This document shows positions 51,685 through 63,856 of a stretch of 64,000 nt of DNA, in pieces. The DNA comes from Squalus acanthias (lineage: Eukaryota): NCBI GenBank assembly GCA_030390025.1, contig JASTWF010000363.1, forward strand, positions 186,001-250,000, in the 5' to 3' direction. Every line of letters begins with the position of its first letter. Position 1 is the stretch's first letter. A program made the translations under genes and the position numbers. Below the pieces are notes generated by a model. It was not told the DNA's origin. It did not search any database and saw nothing but the letters and a program-made list of their open reading frames with translations.

Positions 51685-52797
51685 GAGGCTAAATTGGATA
51701 GCCCCCAAAAACAGGCACAGGGATTGCGATGCGCGATTACCCCACACCCGTTCAATGTAATTCAGGCAGCCCGCCATCTGCCTGCTGCCTGCTCATTATC
51801 ATGTCTACTGTGTGCAGCCAGCTTTAACCGCACTGTACATTGGCTGCACGCATCAGCAGGGGGCCCAATATCGTTACTTGCTAGCACTACTTAAAGCAAG
51901 CCTACATTGCTTAAAGCTAGCCTGCGCCTCTTAAAGGGAAGGTGCATTGTGGCTGCTGGAGATGCTGACATAATTCGGAATAATGCTGTGCAACAAACAA
52001 CAATGCCTGACCATGGGAGAGAGCATGCACCAAGGTTTTCCAATGCTGCACTGGAGGCCTTGGTGGAGGAGGTGGAAAGGAGGAGAGATGTCCTGTATCC
52101 ACAGGGGGGCAGGAAGCTCTCCAGACACATGGTGAGAAGGCAGTGGGAGCAGATAGCTGCGGAGGTCAATGCCAGGAGTTTAGCCCCGAGGATCTGGATG
52201 CAGTCCCACAAAAAGTTTAATGACCTCACACAAGTGGTCAAGGTCAGTGAATACATCTTCAAATGCAATATCCTACCAACTGCACCACTAGCCTCAACCG
52301 CTGCTTAATTCACCACACCCCCATCACTCACCTACCAACAATCTCTATCAATTAGAACTCATACCTAACATTCATATGCTTCACCTCACCCTCACACACT
52401 GAGCACTGTTGCAAGCCTCACACCCACATCTCACAGCTTGCACACACTGCCAGCTATTCAACCATGACAGCCACATCACCCAAACATATTGCACGACACT
52501 CACTGACACACTTCCCTCTCTTGCAGGAGAAAGTGGCGCACAACCGGAGGCAGCAGGAACTAACTGGAGGGGGAGAGGAGCATCTGCATGTTCTAACCCC
52601 CATGGAGGAGATGGTGCTGGATATTATCGGAAGGGCCATAGCTGAGGCAATGGCCAGCAGTGCTAACCCCTTTACCAAGATGGCGTCTGGCACGCTTTGC
52701 ATCAGAAGTGTGCGCACATGTCGCGGACGCCATTTTGGAACCCGAAGGGCACTCGTACCACCCAAACAACGGGCGCTACCGTGCCCAGTTTTGCCCC
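51685..52797. mobile_element. Transposase-less Harbinger derivative carrying a Myb/SANT gene
   Basis: TIR GAGGCTAAATTGG / CCAGTTTTGCCCC. The TSD is not clean. Confidence 0.72.
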
Positions 52798-52877
52798 ACG
52801 GTATCCCCCACTTATTTGGGATGCAGCCAATTCAAAAAAAAATCTTAAGTTGGTCAAAGAAAATCTATTCCTTCTGA
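52003..52877 (+). CDS. Spliced Myb/SANT-like (MSANTD/NAIF1-type) ORF: exons 52003-52242 and 52527-52877, about 196 aa
   Basis: MPDHGREHAPRFSNAALEALVEEV...WEQIAAEVNA...KKFNDLTQVVK|gtcagt...ttgcag|EKVAHNRRQQELTGGG...LTPMEE. No stops in either exon. Expression unknown. Confidence 0.6.
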
Positions 52878-55145
52878 AGCTGGAGCTGTGTATTTCTGTA
52901 TAGTGAAGATTACAGAGCTGAACTTTCATGAACTTGTATAAAATTACAGAATGTAACTTTGAACTTCCCTGTCTGTTCAGCAGATAGCTTAAAGGAAAAG
53001 GGTATAGGAGGCGATTGGAGCCAGAAGCTGCTGGAAAGGGAGGGGTTAGTGGGAAGGCGAATGGATAAGGGACTCATGCTGGTGAGGAACAGACAAGTGA
53101 CAAGGACAGTGAATGAAAAGGGAGTTGCCAATAGCTGCAGCCTGTATTTTCACTGCTCCCACCACCAGAAAATGCTGCTTGCTGTCTCCCTTTCCCACCA
53201 TGCCATAACACCACCTATCTCAAAGGAAAAGACAGAAACAGAAGAGGAGAGTGAGAATCCACAGAGAAGCGAAGAGAAGAGAAAACACAAACACAGGAGG
53301 AGAAAACCAGAGAAACAGGAAAATGAAGGTGACAGATACTGGTAAGGGAGACTCCAACTAACTGCATGAAATGCCTTGGGAGATGCAGTGGTGTGTCTGG
53401 GTGTGTCCCGTGAAGACTAAGTGCAGTATTCAGGACAGGTAAGGTTAGCGAGTGGGGATAATTGTTCCCAGAGGAGGAAGCAATGAGGGAAGAGGAAGGA
53501 GTCAATTTTCTTCATAGTGGGGAGGGAGGGGAGAGAAATGGATAAGAAGAGGGGACAACATAGGAACATAGGAATTGCTAGATGAAAAAAAAACCAAAGT
53601 CCATCTAGTTCGCCTTCTACTATCTTGGTAGTTGCATGATCAATGATAATGAAGTTGTTGACTAATCATAGCAATCAAGGGAGAACAGGAGAGAGTGTAA
53701 TGGGGGAACGAGGAAGGGGTGGTCAATTTTCTTCTCATTGGGAGGTGGGTGTTCCACTGGGCGAGGCACCATTTCCATCTCGGTGGAGGGGATGATTTTC
53801 TTCTCCGTGGTGCGGGGGTGGTCAGAGGCTAGGTTTTAAGCTGTGTGGGGGGGTGGTGAAGGAAGGAAGGCAGACCCCATCATTGTGTGGGAAGTGCTTG
53901 GGGAATGGCGCCATGAGATGTTTTCATCTCAGTGAGGGTGGGGTGGGGGGCGGTCTGGAGGAGATCAGTTGTTTCTCTGAGGGTGAGGAGGGGAAGTCCT
54001 TCTCAGCAGGAAGGTGAGAAGTTGCCCAAGTTTCTTCAAGGCAGTAATTGCTTCTCAGTTGTGTGGTGAGATAAGGGAAGGATGGAGTTTATTAGTGGTG
54101 GAGGGGGAAGCCCGCTGGTTCTTCTCAGTGGGGTCCAGGAAGGGGTAAGAGATACACATTACTACTAGTGCAGATGATTAGAAGTTTCGGTTAATCATTT
54201 GCGAGGGCCATACTGCATTTTTTGGAATTTTGCTGTTTGAAGTAGGCCCAGTTAATTATGCATGAGCGTCTAACCACTTTCCGTGTTTCTCGGCTACGCT
54301 ATCTGTCCTTCCTTGTCTGTGTGGCCATCAGGTAAGTAAACACTTTTTGCACTTGCCACTGGGGTTAGAACTTAGAATGTTATTAGGAAAAATCACAATT
54401 TAAGGAAGGATAATTGAGAGGTTTCACTTCATACAATTATGTAGAAATTACAACATGGAAGCAGGTCGTTCGACCCGTCTGTGTTGGTGTTTATCTTCCA
54501 CATGAGAAGTAGTTTAATCCCATGAAGCCGCCCTATTCCATTATCCTTTTGTTCCCCTTTCTTTCAGCCACCTAACTTATTCTTAAATGTTGACATGGGC
54601 AGGAATTTTCCCGTTGCTGCACGTGCGGGTTTGGGGGCGGGTCGGCAGTAAAAACACTGGAAATAGCAAGCGTGTCGGGAATCTGCCGTCATCCCGCCGC
54701 CTCGTGCATTTAACTCAGGTGGCTTTGAAGGCGCGACACGGACCCGATCCGCAGAGGCGGATGACCTCATTGAAATCATTAAGTGCTTGTTTACAGACCC
54801 TTAACAGTGATTTTAACAGTTGTTTCTGAGTTTTAGTGCAGTAGCACGGGATTCACGGAGGTCGGCTGCCTCGCCTGTGAAGGAGAGGCGGAAGCTCAGT
54901 GGCCATTGGCGAGCTCATTCATTGATAGCTGGGAAAAGCATGTAAATACTGCAACATTACACCTCATTACTTGCCTCATGGAAAGGATCTTGCTCACTCC
55001 ATCTTGTTCACAGATTTAGGTGTCAGCAGTTTGCAGGTCATTTCTGAAACCTCGGAAGCCACTCTCACCACATTGCTACTCACTATCACAACATTGAGGG
55101 ATTGGCCCTCTAATCTCCACTTTACCTGCCACCTACTACATCAGC

Positions 55146-56384
55146 ATGGGTGCCGTTTATACTGCCTCACCTTGGTCCTCAGAATCGGACCAAAATGAGC
55201 CCCACCACCAACAACACCAGCCACAATACCAGCAGCAGCAGCAACCACAACAGCAGCCTTCTCCTCAACGACCTGATGCTCCACAGGAGAGAGGGGGTCA
55301 ACATAGGGCAGCACCGTGCCGGAGGCGATACCCCCAACACAGTGTATACAGGCAGAGGATGAGCTTCCTCAACATGACTGAGCGGCAGTACTTCAGGAGG
55401 CTCAAGATATCGCGCCAGGTCATTTCAGACATTTGTAGCTTGCTGGAAGAAGACCTGCTGCCCAGAGGTTCTGGTGGACAGTCCTTACCAGTAGCTGTCA
55501 AAGTCACCACCGCCCTCAACTTCTTCACCTCAGGCTCCTTCCAGGGATCTGCAGCAGACATTTGCAGCATCTTGCAATCAGCCGCCCACAGAGGCATCAC
55601 CCAGGTGACCGATGCCATGTTTCACAAGTCAACCAATTATATCAACTTTGCCACTGAAGAAGCCAGTGTTACTGAGCGGGCGCTCGGCTTTGTGGCTCTG
55701 GCTGACTTCCCACAGGTGCAGGGCATCATCGACTGCACACATGTGGCCATGAAGGCACCCCATCATCACCCAGGAGTGTTTGTGAACTGCAAAGGCTTCC
55801 ACTCCCTCAATGTGCAGCTCGTCTGCAACCATAAAAAGATGATTATGCATGTGTGCACCAAATTCCCTGGCAGCTGTCATGACTCTTTCTTGCTGCTTCA
55901 GTCCACTCTCCCTCAGCTCTTCGAACCTCCAAACAGACTTACCGGCTGGCTGCTTGGAGACAAGGGCTATCCACTGAAGACGTGGCTCATGACACCCCTG
56001 AGGAGGCCAAGTACTGAGGCTGAGGAGTTTTATAATGAGAGTCACATTGCCACCAGATGTTTCACAGAACAAGCAATAGGCATGCTGAAGATGTGCTTCA
56101 GATGCTTTGACAAATCTGGAGAAGCCCTTCAGTAGGCACCAGCCAGGGTCTCCAGAATCATCGTCGTCTGCTGCACGCTGCACAGCATAGCGCAGCAGCG
56201 AGGATTGGAGCTGCAGGAGGAGCATGGCGCACAGCACACAGCCTCTTCAGAGGAGGAGGAGGACAAGCAGGTGGAAGATGAGCAGGAGGAGGAAGAGGAA
56301 CCTGAGATGCAGATAGCACCAGCAGCGGTGCACATTGCTGCCCGGGAGGCCTGGGATAGCCTCATCATGGCCAGATTTACTTAA
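55146..56384 (+). pseudogene. Full-length Harbinger DDE transposase with a single premature TAG (56133-56135)
   Basis: 329-aa ORF with [21 protein letters not shown] and TEQAIG. The frame continues 83 codons past the TAG ([12 protein letters not shown], acidic tail, ARFT*). Confidence 0.92.
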
Positions 56385-56689
56385 CTTGCTCCAATGCAGC
56401 CACATGCCTGCCACATGCTGTACTAAGTTCCCCCCCACCCAACAACACCATAAAGTATCCCTACAATGACCAATCCATTCCTCTTACGCAAAGCCCCAAT
56501 GCTCAAGGTTACATAATATGTCCCCACTCACTCCAAGTGACAAAGCCACTTCCAAGGTTTGAGGCAAAAATGGACAAGACCCGAAAGTGGTGCAAAGTAA
56601 AACATGTAGGTGTGTAATCAAAACAACTGAAACTTAGCACTAACATTTTTTGATACACCCATGTGCATACCCTTGTGTATCTACTTTTG

Positions 56690-57825
56690 TGTCATTTTTC
56701 TTTTGCGAGTGCTTCTACAAGGTGCAACCCCTGTGGCTTCAGCAGAGGTAGTTGCAGGCTGCTCACTCCTCTGCTGTGACTGCGTAAACACTTTTGGCGG
56801 ACGTCCTCTGGGTTTTGGAGCCTATGATGGCCCCACCAAAGTCTGCTCCTCCTGCGACTGTGCAGGGGCAGACTCAGCCATTGGGATCCTAGGAAGCATG
56901 TGGGGCTCTGGCTGAGGGGGAGGCAACGGGGGAGAAGTGGAGTGCTTTGAGAAGAGCCCCCACTTCCATGTCCCCTCTCACCATCATCTCTCTCCTGGGC
57001 CACCTGCACCTCCCTGCTAGCAAGGAGCTGGAAAGCACCTTGCTGTACATCAGTGAGGTGATGAAGGCCCAAGTCTATGTTTACATCCCTCCTTGAGAGG
57101 AGGTCTATGAGCGTCTCCCTCTCTCCGTCTCCCACCGCCAGCGTCTCTCAAGTTCCCGAAATCTCCAGAGTCGCCTCCTCTGCTGCTGTAAGGTGTGCGA
57201 TTACTGGAGGGCCACCTCCGCTTCTCTCCCTCTCTCTGTTGTTGTGGGCTCTTTTCTTCCACAAGGAGGGAAAGAAGAGAAATTTGAGTGAGAGTGATGG
57301 AATGAATGTAAGGAATGGATGGGTTACATCTGTAGAGGGTGACCATGATGGAGTGGGGTGCCAATGCCAAATGGCCTCCTTCTATGGTGTTACTTGCTAT
57401 GATTGCATTAGGATGAGGGTGAGTGTGAGGGGTGGTTATTCAGATGGGGATGTGAGTATGTACATAGAGAGAGAGGGATGGGTGGACCTGGAAGGTAGGT
57501 TGGTGTAAGGAATGATGTGCAGGAGCAGGCTTGGGAAGTGTTGACAGGCACTTCAGGATGAAGGTGAGTGTGGCATTGCACTCACCTTTCCTGACCTCAT
57601 GAGATCATTGAAGCGATTCCTGCACTGTATCCATGTCCTCCTGACCACATCCCTGCTGCTGACCTCCTCAGCTATATCCAGCCAGGCTCTTTTTGTTTCT
57701 TGTGGATGTCTTCTTTGCCTATCAGCAGGGAATGGGACCTCCCTGCCTGCTCTGACAGCCTCCACCAGAGCATGCAGCGATGAATCAGAGAAGTGTGGTG
57801 CTGCCTTCTGCCTTTGGCTATCCAT
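56690..57825 (-). pseudogene. Harbinger Myb/SANT-like gene, decayed
   Basis: Exon 1 (57825-57586) reads MDSQRQKAAPHFSDSSL...RTWIQCRNRFNDLMRSGK with a gtgagt donor. Exon 2 (~57258 down, KKRAHNNRERERSGGGP) has a mutated acceptor and a TGA. Confidence 0.82.
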
Positions 57826-58454
57826 CCTTCCAAAGTTATAACACTACTGTGGCCTTTCTTTGTCACGTTCCACCCTCCTCTAGCAACCTTCAAGTGAGTT
57901 GAGTGCAAGGCTGCTTTAAATATCGGCGCTGGAAACGAGTCATCGATGACGTCATCAGACCTGCACCATTAAATAGGGCCGGAAAACACTCATGAGTCTT
58001 TTAATTGGGGCCATTAAGTAAAAGTCGCTTTGAGCAGCGCGTTGCTCAGAACATCGCTTTCCAGATCCGCTACGCTGCCCACACGCACCCAACCCAAAGC
58101 AAAGGTAAAGATTCCGGCCATGGTCTCTGCTTCAATCACTAACTCTGGGAGTGCATCCCACAGCCTCACAAACCTCTGTGTAAAAAAAAGTGTTTCTCCT
58201 GCTCTCTATCTAAATATCTTACTTTTATTTTTATATCTATGTACCCTCATTCTAGACCCCTCAATCAACAGAACAGTCTGTTTTAATCTATTTTCTCCCA
58301 TCCCTTTATAATTATAAACATCTCTATCAAATCACCCTGTAATCTCCTGTTATAATGAAAACAGCTGAAATTTTTCAAGTCTCTCTTCATATATGTATTT
58401 CCTCAGACCAGGCAGCATTCTACTGAATTTGTGCTGTATCTTCCTATTGACTCA

Positions 58455-58857
58455 GAAGAATGAGAGGTGATCTCATTGAAACATTCAAAATTCTTACAGG
58501 GCTTGACAGGGTAGATGCAGGGAGGATGTTTCCCTTGGCTGGAGAGTCTAGAACCAGGGGTCGCAGTCTCAGAGTAAGGGGTCGGCTATTTTGGACTGAG
58601 ATGAGGCGAAATTTCTTCACTCAGAGGGTGGTGAATATTTGGAATTCCCTGCCCCAGAGGGCTGTGGAGGCTCAGTTGTTGAGTATATTCAGGACAGAGA
58701 TCGATAGATTTTTGGATATTAAGGGAATCAAGGGATATGAGGATAGTGCAGGAAAGTGGAGTTGCGGTAGAAGATCAGCCATGATCTTACTGAATGGCGA
58801 AGCAGGCTCGAGGAGCTAAATAGCCTACTCCTGCTCCTATTTCTTATGTTCTTATGC
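58455..58857 (+). mobile_element. CR1 3' end (younger copy)
   Basis: ORF MRGDLIETFKILTGLDRVDAG...FFTQRVVNIWNSLP and a (TTCTTATG)n tail. Confidence 0.88.
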
Positions 58858-59339
58858 CTCAACATCCTACCTGTAGTGTGGAGCCCAAAACAGCACCCAC
58901 TACTCCAACTGTGGCCTTACTAAAGTTTTATAATGATTCACCATTACATCTTGACTTTCATATTCTATACCCCTTGCCATAAAACGCAGTATTCCATAAG
59001 CTTTTTTATGGCCTTATCCATTTGAGCTGCTGCTTTTAATGTCTTGTATTCTTGAACCCCCAAATCCCTCTGCTCTTCCACATCACCCAGCTTTCCCCTT
59101 TCAAAGTGTAACTCTTTTTTTTACCAAAATGTACCACCTTACATTTATTGATGTTGATTTCTGTCTGCTACATTTTTGCTGTGCAAAAAAGTTTTCTCTG
59201 AGGGTAATTTTGTGAAAACCTGTGTGATATTGCAATTATTCAATGCCCAGATAGCAATCAATTGCAAAAGCAAGCTTCAAGACTACAACCATCTTATCAC
59301 ACAGTATAGACAGCTGGTTTTTGGATTGAGACAACAAAG

Positions 59340-60192
59340 GAGTTTGGCAGCGCTTAATGGTATATACTTCAATGCAAGGAGTTTAGTGAACAAGGCAGAT
59401 GAGCTGTGGGCACAGAGAGACACATGGAAGTATGATATCATAGCTATTACTGAAACATGGCTTAAAGTAGGGCAGGAATGGCAGCTCAACATTCCTGGTT
59501 ACAGGGTTTTCAGACGAGATAGAGAGGGGGATAAAAAAAGGGGGTTGCAATATTGGTTAAAGAAACAATTACAGATATGTTAGAAGGATCATCAAATGAG
59601 GCCATATGGGTTGAACTGAAGAACAAAAAAGGAGCAATCACACTGCTAGGAGTGTACTGTGAGCAGTTCTGGGCACCACACCTTAGGAAGGATATATTGG
59701 CCTTGGAGGGTGTGCAGCGTAGGTTTACCAGAATGATACCCGACTTCAAGGGTGAAGTTACGAGGAGAGATTACACAAATTAGGGTTGTATTCCCTAGAA
59801 TTTAGAAGGTGAAGGGGTGATCTGATCGAAGTTTTCAGGATATTAAGGGGAACAGATAGGGTAGATAGAGAGAAACTATTTCCGCTGGTTGTGGATTCTA
59901 GGACTAGGGGGCATAGTCTAAACATTAGAGCCAGATCTTTCAGGAGTGAAATTAGGAAACACTTCTACAGCCAAAGGTGGTAGAAGTTTGGAACTCTCTT
60001 CCGCAAACGGCAATTGATGCTAGATCAATTGTTAATTTTAAATCGGAGATCGATAGCTTTTCGTTAACCAAAGGTATTAAGGGATATGGGCCAAAGGCAG
60101 GTATACGGAGTTAGATCGCAGATCAGCCACGATCTCATCGAATGGCGGAACAGGCTCGAGGGGCTGAATGGCCTACTCCTGTTCCTATGTTC
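59340..60192 (+). mobile_element. Internally deleted CR1 (endonuclease N-terminus joined to RT C-terminus and 3' UTR)
   Basis: YFNARSL and IIAITETWL, then a junction at about 59655 (GGAGTGTACTG) into YCEQFWAPHLRKDI. Confidence 0.85.
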
Positions 60193-60519
60193 TGTGTGGG
60201 GCTCAGTCCCACACTGGGTGAGATCAGCTAACTCAGCACAGGCCAGGGATGGAGCCTGGGCCTTTCCTGCTCTGTGTGTGGGGCTCAGTACTACACCGGG
60301 TGTGAGATCAGGCTAACTCAGCACAGGCCGGGGATGGAGCCTGGGCCTTTCCTGCTCTGTGTGTGGGGCTCAGTACTACACCGGGTGTGAGATCAGGCTA
60401 ACTCAGCACAGGCCGGGGATGGAGCCTGGGCCTTTCCTGCTCTGTGTGTGAGGCTCAGTACTACACCGGGTGTGAGATCAGGCTAACTCAGCACAGGCCA
60501 GGGATGGAGCCTGGGCCTC
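60191..60519. repeat. Tandem repeat, 85-bp unit, about 3.9 copies
   Basis: CTCAGT anchors at 60202, 60284, 60369 and 60454. Copies 2-4 are nearly identical. Confidence 0.95.
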
Positions 60520-60775
60520 TCCCAATGATCACTGCCTCACCACTCTCAGTGATGCCCCTCCCTGGGATGCTCTGCTCCAGTCTCTCAGTCGGATCAGTGT
60601 CGAGATATTAATTCCTGCTTCTGTCGTCCCAGTTTATGTAAATTAATCCACTTTCTTCCTGGAACAATTCTATTGACCTTCCAACAAGGGGCTTCTGTTT
60701 CGCTGTCAACAGCTCAGCTCTGTGCCATTATTGGAGATAAATGATCTGGGATTGCACCCAGTCTTAAAACACATA

Positions 60776-61416
60776 GGGGGAAAAATGGGTGAAAAAGTTA
60801 CTGCCCCGTGCCCGAAATTGAATGGTAGCGCCCCAAGCAGGAGGCGGGGCGCTCCTGGAAGCGCTCCCCCTCCCTCTTGGGGCGCTTCCATTGAATATCG
60901 CGGCGCTACATGCAGCAGCGCCACACGCGTCGGCACATAGCGCCACGGTACTACAGGCCTCCCTCCCCTGGTTAAAGGGGAGGGGCCTAGCGCAGCATGC
61001 ACCAGGGCCCTGCTGGACCACCGGGGAGCGGGGTGCCGGCAAAAGACCGATCGCGGCTGGCACCCCGCCTGAGGAGGCGAGAAGGGGCAGGTGCTGGCAG
61101 GCGTCCCAAAAAAAATAGCCTGCCTGGCACCTGCCCTTTAATTTGCGTTGCCCCGGCCACAGAAACGCCACCCTGACCCTGTCGGACATAGCGTCCGGTG
61201 GTAGGTCAGGGGGCACGAGCGAAGTTTGCGGCCAGGGCGCGAATGGGGCGCTGCACACAGCAATGACGTCATGGCCGGAGGCGCAGCACCACGGGACACT
61301 ACCACCACTGCTAACCTCCCGCTGAATTTCGCGGAAGGCGTTAGCGGCGCTGCGCCCGGGCGCTAGGAGCTTTGCGCCCCGTTAGCGCCCCCTCAAGCAA
61401 CCCAATTTTTTCCTCT
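60776..61416. mobile_element. Non-autonomous PIF/Harbinger-type element (MITE-like)
   Basis: TIR GGGGGAAAAATGGGT / ACCCAATTTTTTCCTC. CpG-rich and an inverted relative of 18999-19731. Confidence 0.7.
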
Positions 61417-61616
61417 TTCTGTCAAAGGATCATTAACTGCTCAAAGGGTGCACAGCACACAGGAATTTACAGAACAGGGAAGCGTATCTCCCTCTGTCTC
61501 TATCTATTTATCTCTCCTCACTTGTCTATCCCCATCTATCTCTCCCCTCCCTCTCTCTCTCCCTGTCACTCTGTCTGTCTCTCTCTGCCTTTCTCTTTCG
61601 CTGCCTGTGTGTGTGT

Positions 61617-63480
61617 CATAGAAACATAGAATCATAGAATGGTTACAGCACAGAAGGAGGCCATTCAGCCCCTCGAGCCCATGCTGGCTCTCTGCAAGAG
61701 CACTTCAGCTAGTCCCACTCCCCCGCCCTTTCCCTGTAACCCTGCAAAATTTTTTCCTTCAGGTACTTATCCAATTCCCTTTTGAAAGCCGTGATTGAGT
61801 CTGCCTCCACCACCCTTTCAGGCATTGCATTCCAGATCCTAACCACTCGCTGATTAAAAAAGTTTTTCCTCATGTCGCCTTTGGTTCTTCTGGTCCTCTG
61901 GTTCAAAAACAATAGGGCAGTAATAGTTTGATTAGGGATTTCAAAAATCCTAATATTAACTGGGATAGAATTAGTGTAAAAGGAATACAGGGCGTAGAAT
62001 TCTTAAAATGCATTCAGGAGAACCTTTTTAGCCAGTAGGTAGCAAGCCCAACAAGAGAGGGGCAGTTCTGGACTTAATTTTAGGGAATGAAGCTGGGTAG
62101 GTGAAAGGGGTAACAGTGGGAGAACATTTTGGTGGTAGCGATCATAATTCAGTTAGATTTAGCGTAGTTATAGAAAAGGACAAAGATAGACCAGGAGTAA
62201 AAGTTCTCAATTGGGGAAAGGCCAATTTTAAGCTGAGATGCGATTTAGCAAAAGTGGACTGGAAACCGCTACTTTAAGGTAAATCAGTGTCAGAGCAGTG
62301 GGAAGCATTCAAGGAGGAGATAGTGAAGGTTCAGAGCAAATATGTTCCCACAAAGAAAAAGGGTGGGACTCCCAAATCTAGAGCCCCCTGGATGTCAAGG
62401 AGCATACAGGGTAGGATAAGGAAAAAAAGGAAAGGTTTGTTAGATACCGAGAGCTCAATACTGCAGAAAGCCTAGAGGAGTAATAGAAAGTGCAGGGGTG
62501 AAATTAAAAAGGAAATTAGGAAAGCAAAGAGAGGGCATGAAAAAATATTGGCACGTAAAATCAAGGAAAATCCAAAGATGTTTTATAAATACATAAAGAG
62601 CAAGAGGATAACTAAGGAAGGAGTAGGGCCTATTAGAGACCAATAAGGTAACCTGTGTGTGGAAGCGGAAGACGTGGGGTATGATTCTTAATGAATACTT
62701 TGCGCCTGTCCTCACAAAAGAGGGGGATGATGCAGACATTGTGGTTAAGGAGGAGGAGTGTGAAATATTAGATGAGATAAACATAGAGAGGAAATATTAA
62801 GGGGTTTAGCATCTTTGAAAGTAGATAAATTGCCAGGCCCGGATGAAATGTATCCCAGGCTGTTAAGGGAAGCAAGGGAGGAAATAGCAGAGGCTCTGAC
62901 CATCATTTTCCAATTCTCTCTGGCTACAGGCGTAGTGCAGGAGGACTGAGAATTACACAGTGAATTACACAGTATTTACAGCACAGAAACAGTTCATTCG
63001 GCCCAACTGCTCTGTGCTGGTGTTTATGCTCCACACGAGCCTCCTCCCACCCTACCAACATATCCTTCTATTCCTTTCTCCCTCTTGCTTATCTAGCTTC
63101 CCCTTAAATCCATCTATGCTATTCGCCTCAACCACTCCCTGTGGTAGCGAGTTCCACATTCTCACCACTTTCTGGATAAAGAAGTTTCTTCTGAATTCCC
63201 TGTTGGATTTATTAGTAACTATCTTATATTTATGTTTTGGTCTCCCCCACAAGTGGAAACATCTTCTCTACGTCTACCCGATCAAACCCTTTCATAATCT
63301 TAAAGACCTCTATCAGGTCACCCCTCAGTCTTCTCCTTTCTGGAGAAAAAGAGCCCCAGCCTGTTCAGTCTTTCCTGATAGTTATAACCTCAATTCTGGT
63401 ATCATCCTTGTAAATCTTGTTTTCCACCTTCCCCAGTGCCTCTATATCCTGGTTATAATATGGAGACCAGAACTGTGCAC
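61617..63480. mobile_element. Cluster of CR1 fragments: 3' end (-) 61617-61905, endonuclease/tether (+) 61906-62950, 3' end (-) 62970-63480
   Basis: CATAGAA tail, decayed GDF/SDHN endonuclease and FYKYIKSKRITKE tether, and FFIQKVVRMWNSLP. Confidence 0.82.
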
Positions 63481-63529
63481 CTGCAGGATGGCCATTGCCC
63501 ACAGCTTTCTCCGATATAGATTATAACAC

Positions 63530-63856
63530 ACAGGCATCAAAACATCATTCAGCAGCTGCCAAATCCCACAAACAGCGAATGTACTGAATGGCCCAATAAT
63601 CGGCTTTTGGTCCAGGCAGGAATGTTGGCCCCAGGACGCTGGGAGAACTCCCTGCTTATCCAACAGAGATCTTTGAGATCCACCCCAATCACCAGGACAG
63701 GCAGACAGGGCCTCGGTTTAACATCTCAACTGAAATACGTGGCACCTCTAACAGTGCAGCGCTCCCGCAGTAGATTATGAGCTCTAGTCTTGGAAATGGG
63801 GCTCGAAGCCACAACCTTCTGACTTGGGAGTTGAGAGCACTATCAAATGAGTGAAG
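63530..63856 (-). mobile_element. DeuSINE-type SINE, degraded
   Basis: Reverse-complement homologue of 24283-24620 (GGGCCTCGGTTTAACATC, CCACAACCTTCTGACT). Confidence 0.7.

Larger units (their letters stand above)
54598..58119. mobile_element. Near-complete PIF/Harbinger transposon (3.5 kb; transposase +, Myb/SANT -)
   Basis: TIR GGCAGGAATTTT / AAAGATTCCGGCC, TSD ATG. The flanks rejoin into one CR1 remnant. Confidence 0.9.
54440..59175 (-). mobile_element. Old CR1 3' remnant split by the Harbinger (54598-58119) and a younger CR1 (58455-58857)
   Basis: The CR1 3' UTR at 54440-54597 continues colinearly at 58120-58454 and 58858-59175. Confidence 0.68.

Noticed and set aside
52959..53345. 128-aa ORF with a charged K/E/R-rich tail
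   Set aside because: Purine-rich low-complexity sequence with no ATG start, splice support or recognisable homology.
55146..56384. Host HARBI1 gene
   Set aside because: It lies between TIRs and a TSD with a partner Myb gene, has a premature stop and has a second copy nearby. It is a transposon copy, not the domesticated gene.
59176..59260. Peptide KVFSEGNFVKTC resembling TTC38 N-terminal ETFANGNFPKAC
   Set aside because: The match is very short, has no supporting splice pattern or flanking similarity, and abuts CR1 remnants. Likely chance.
60191..60519. CRISPR-like array
   Set aside because: There are no unique spacers: whole 85-bp units repeat. The context is eukaryotic with no cas genes.
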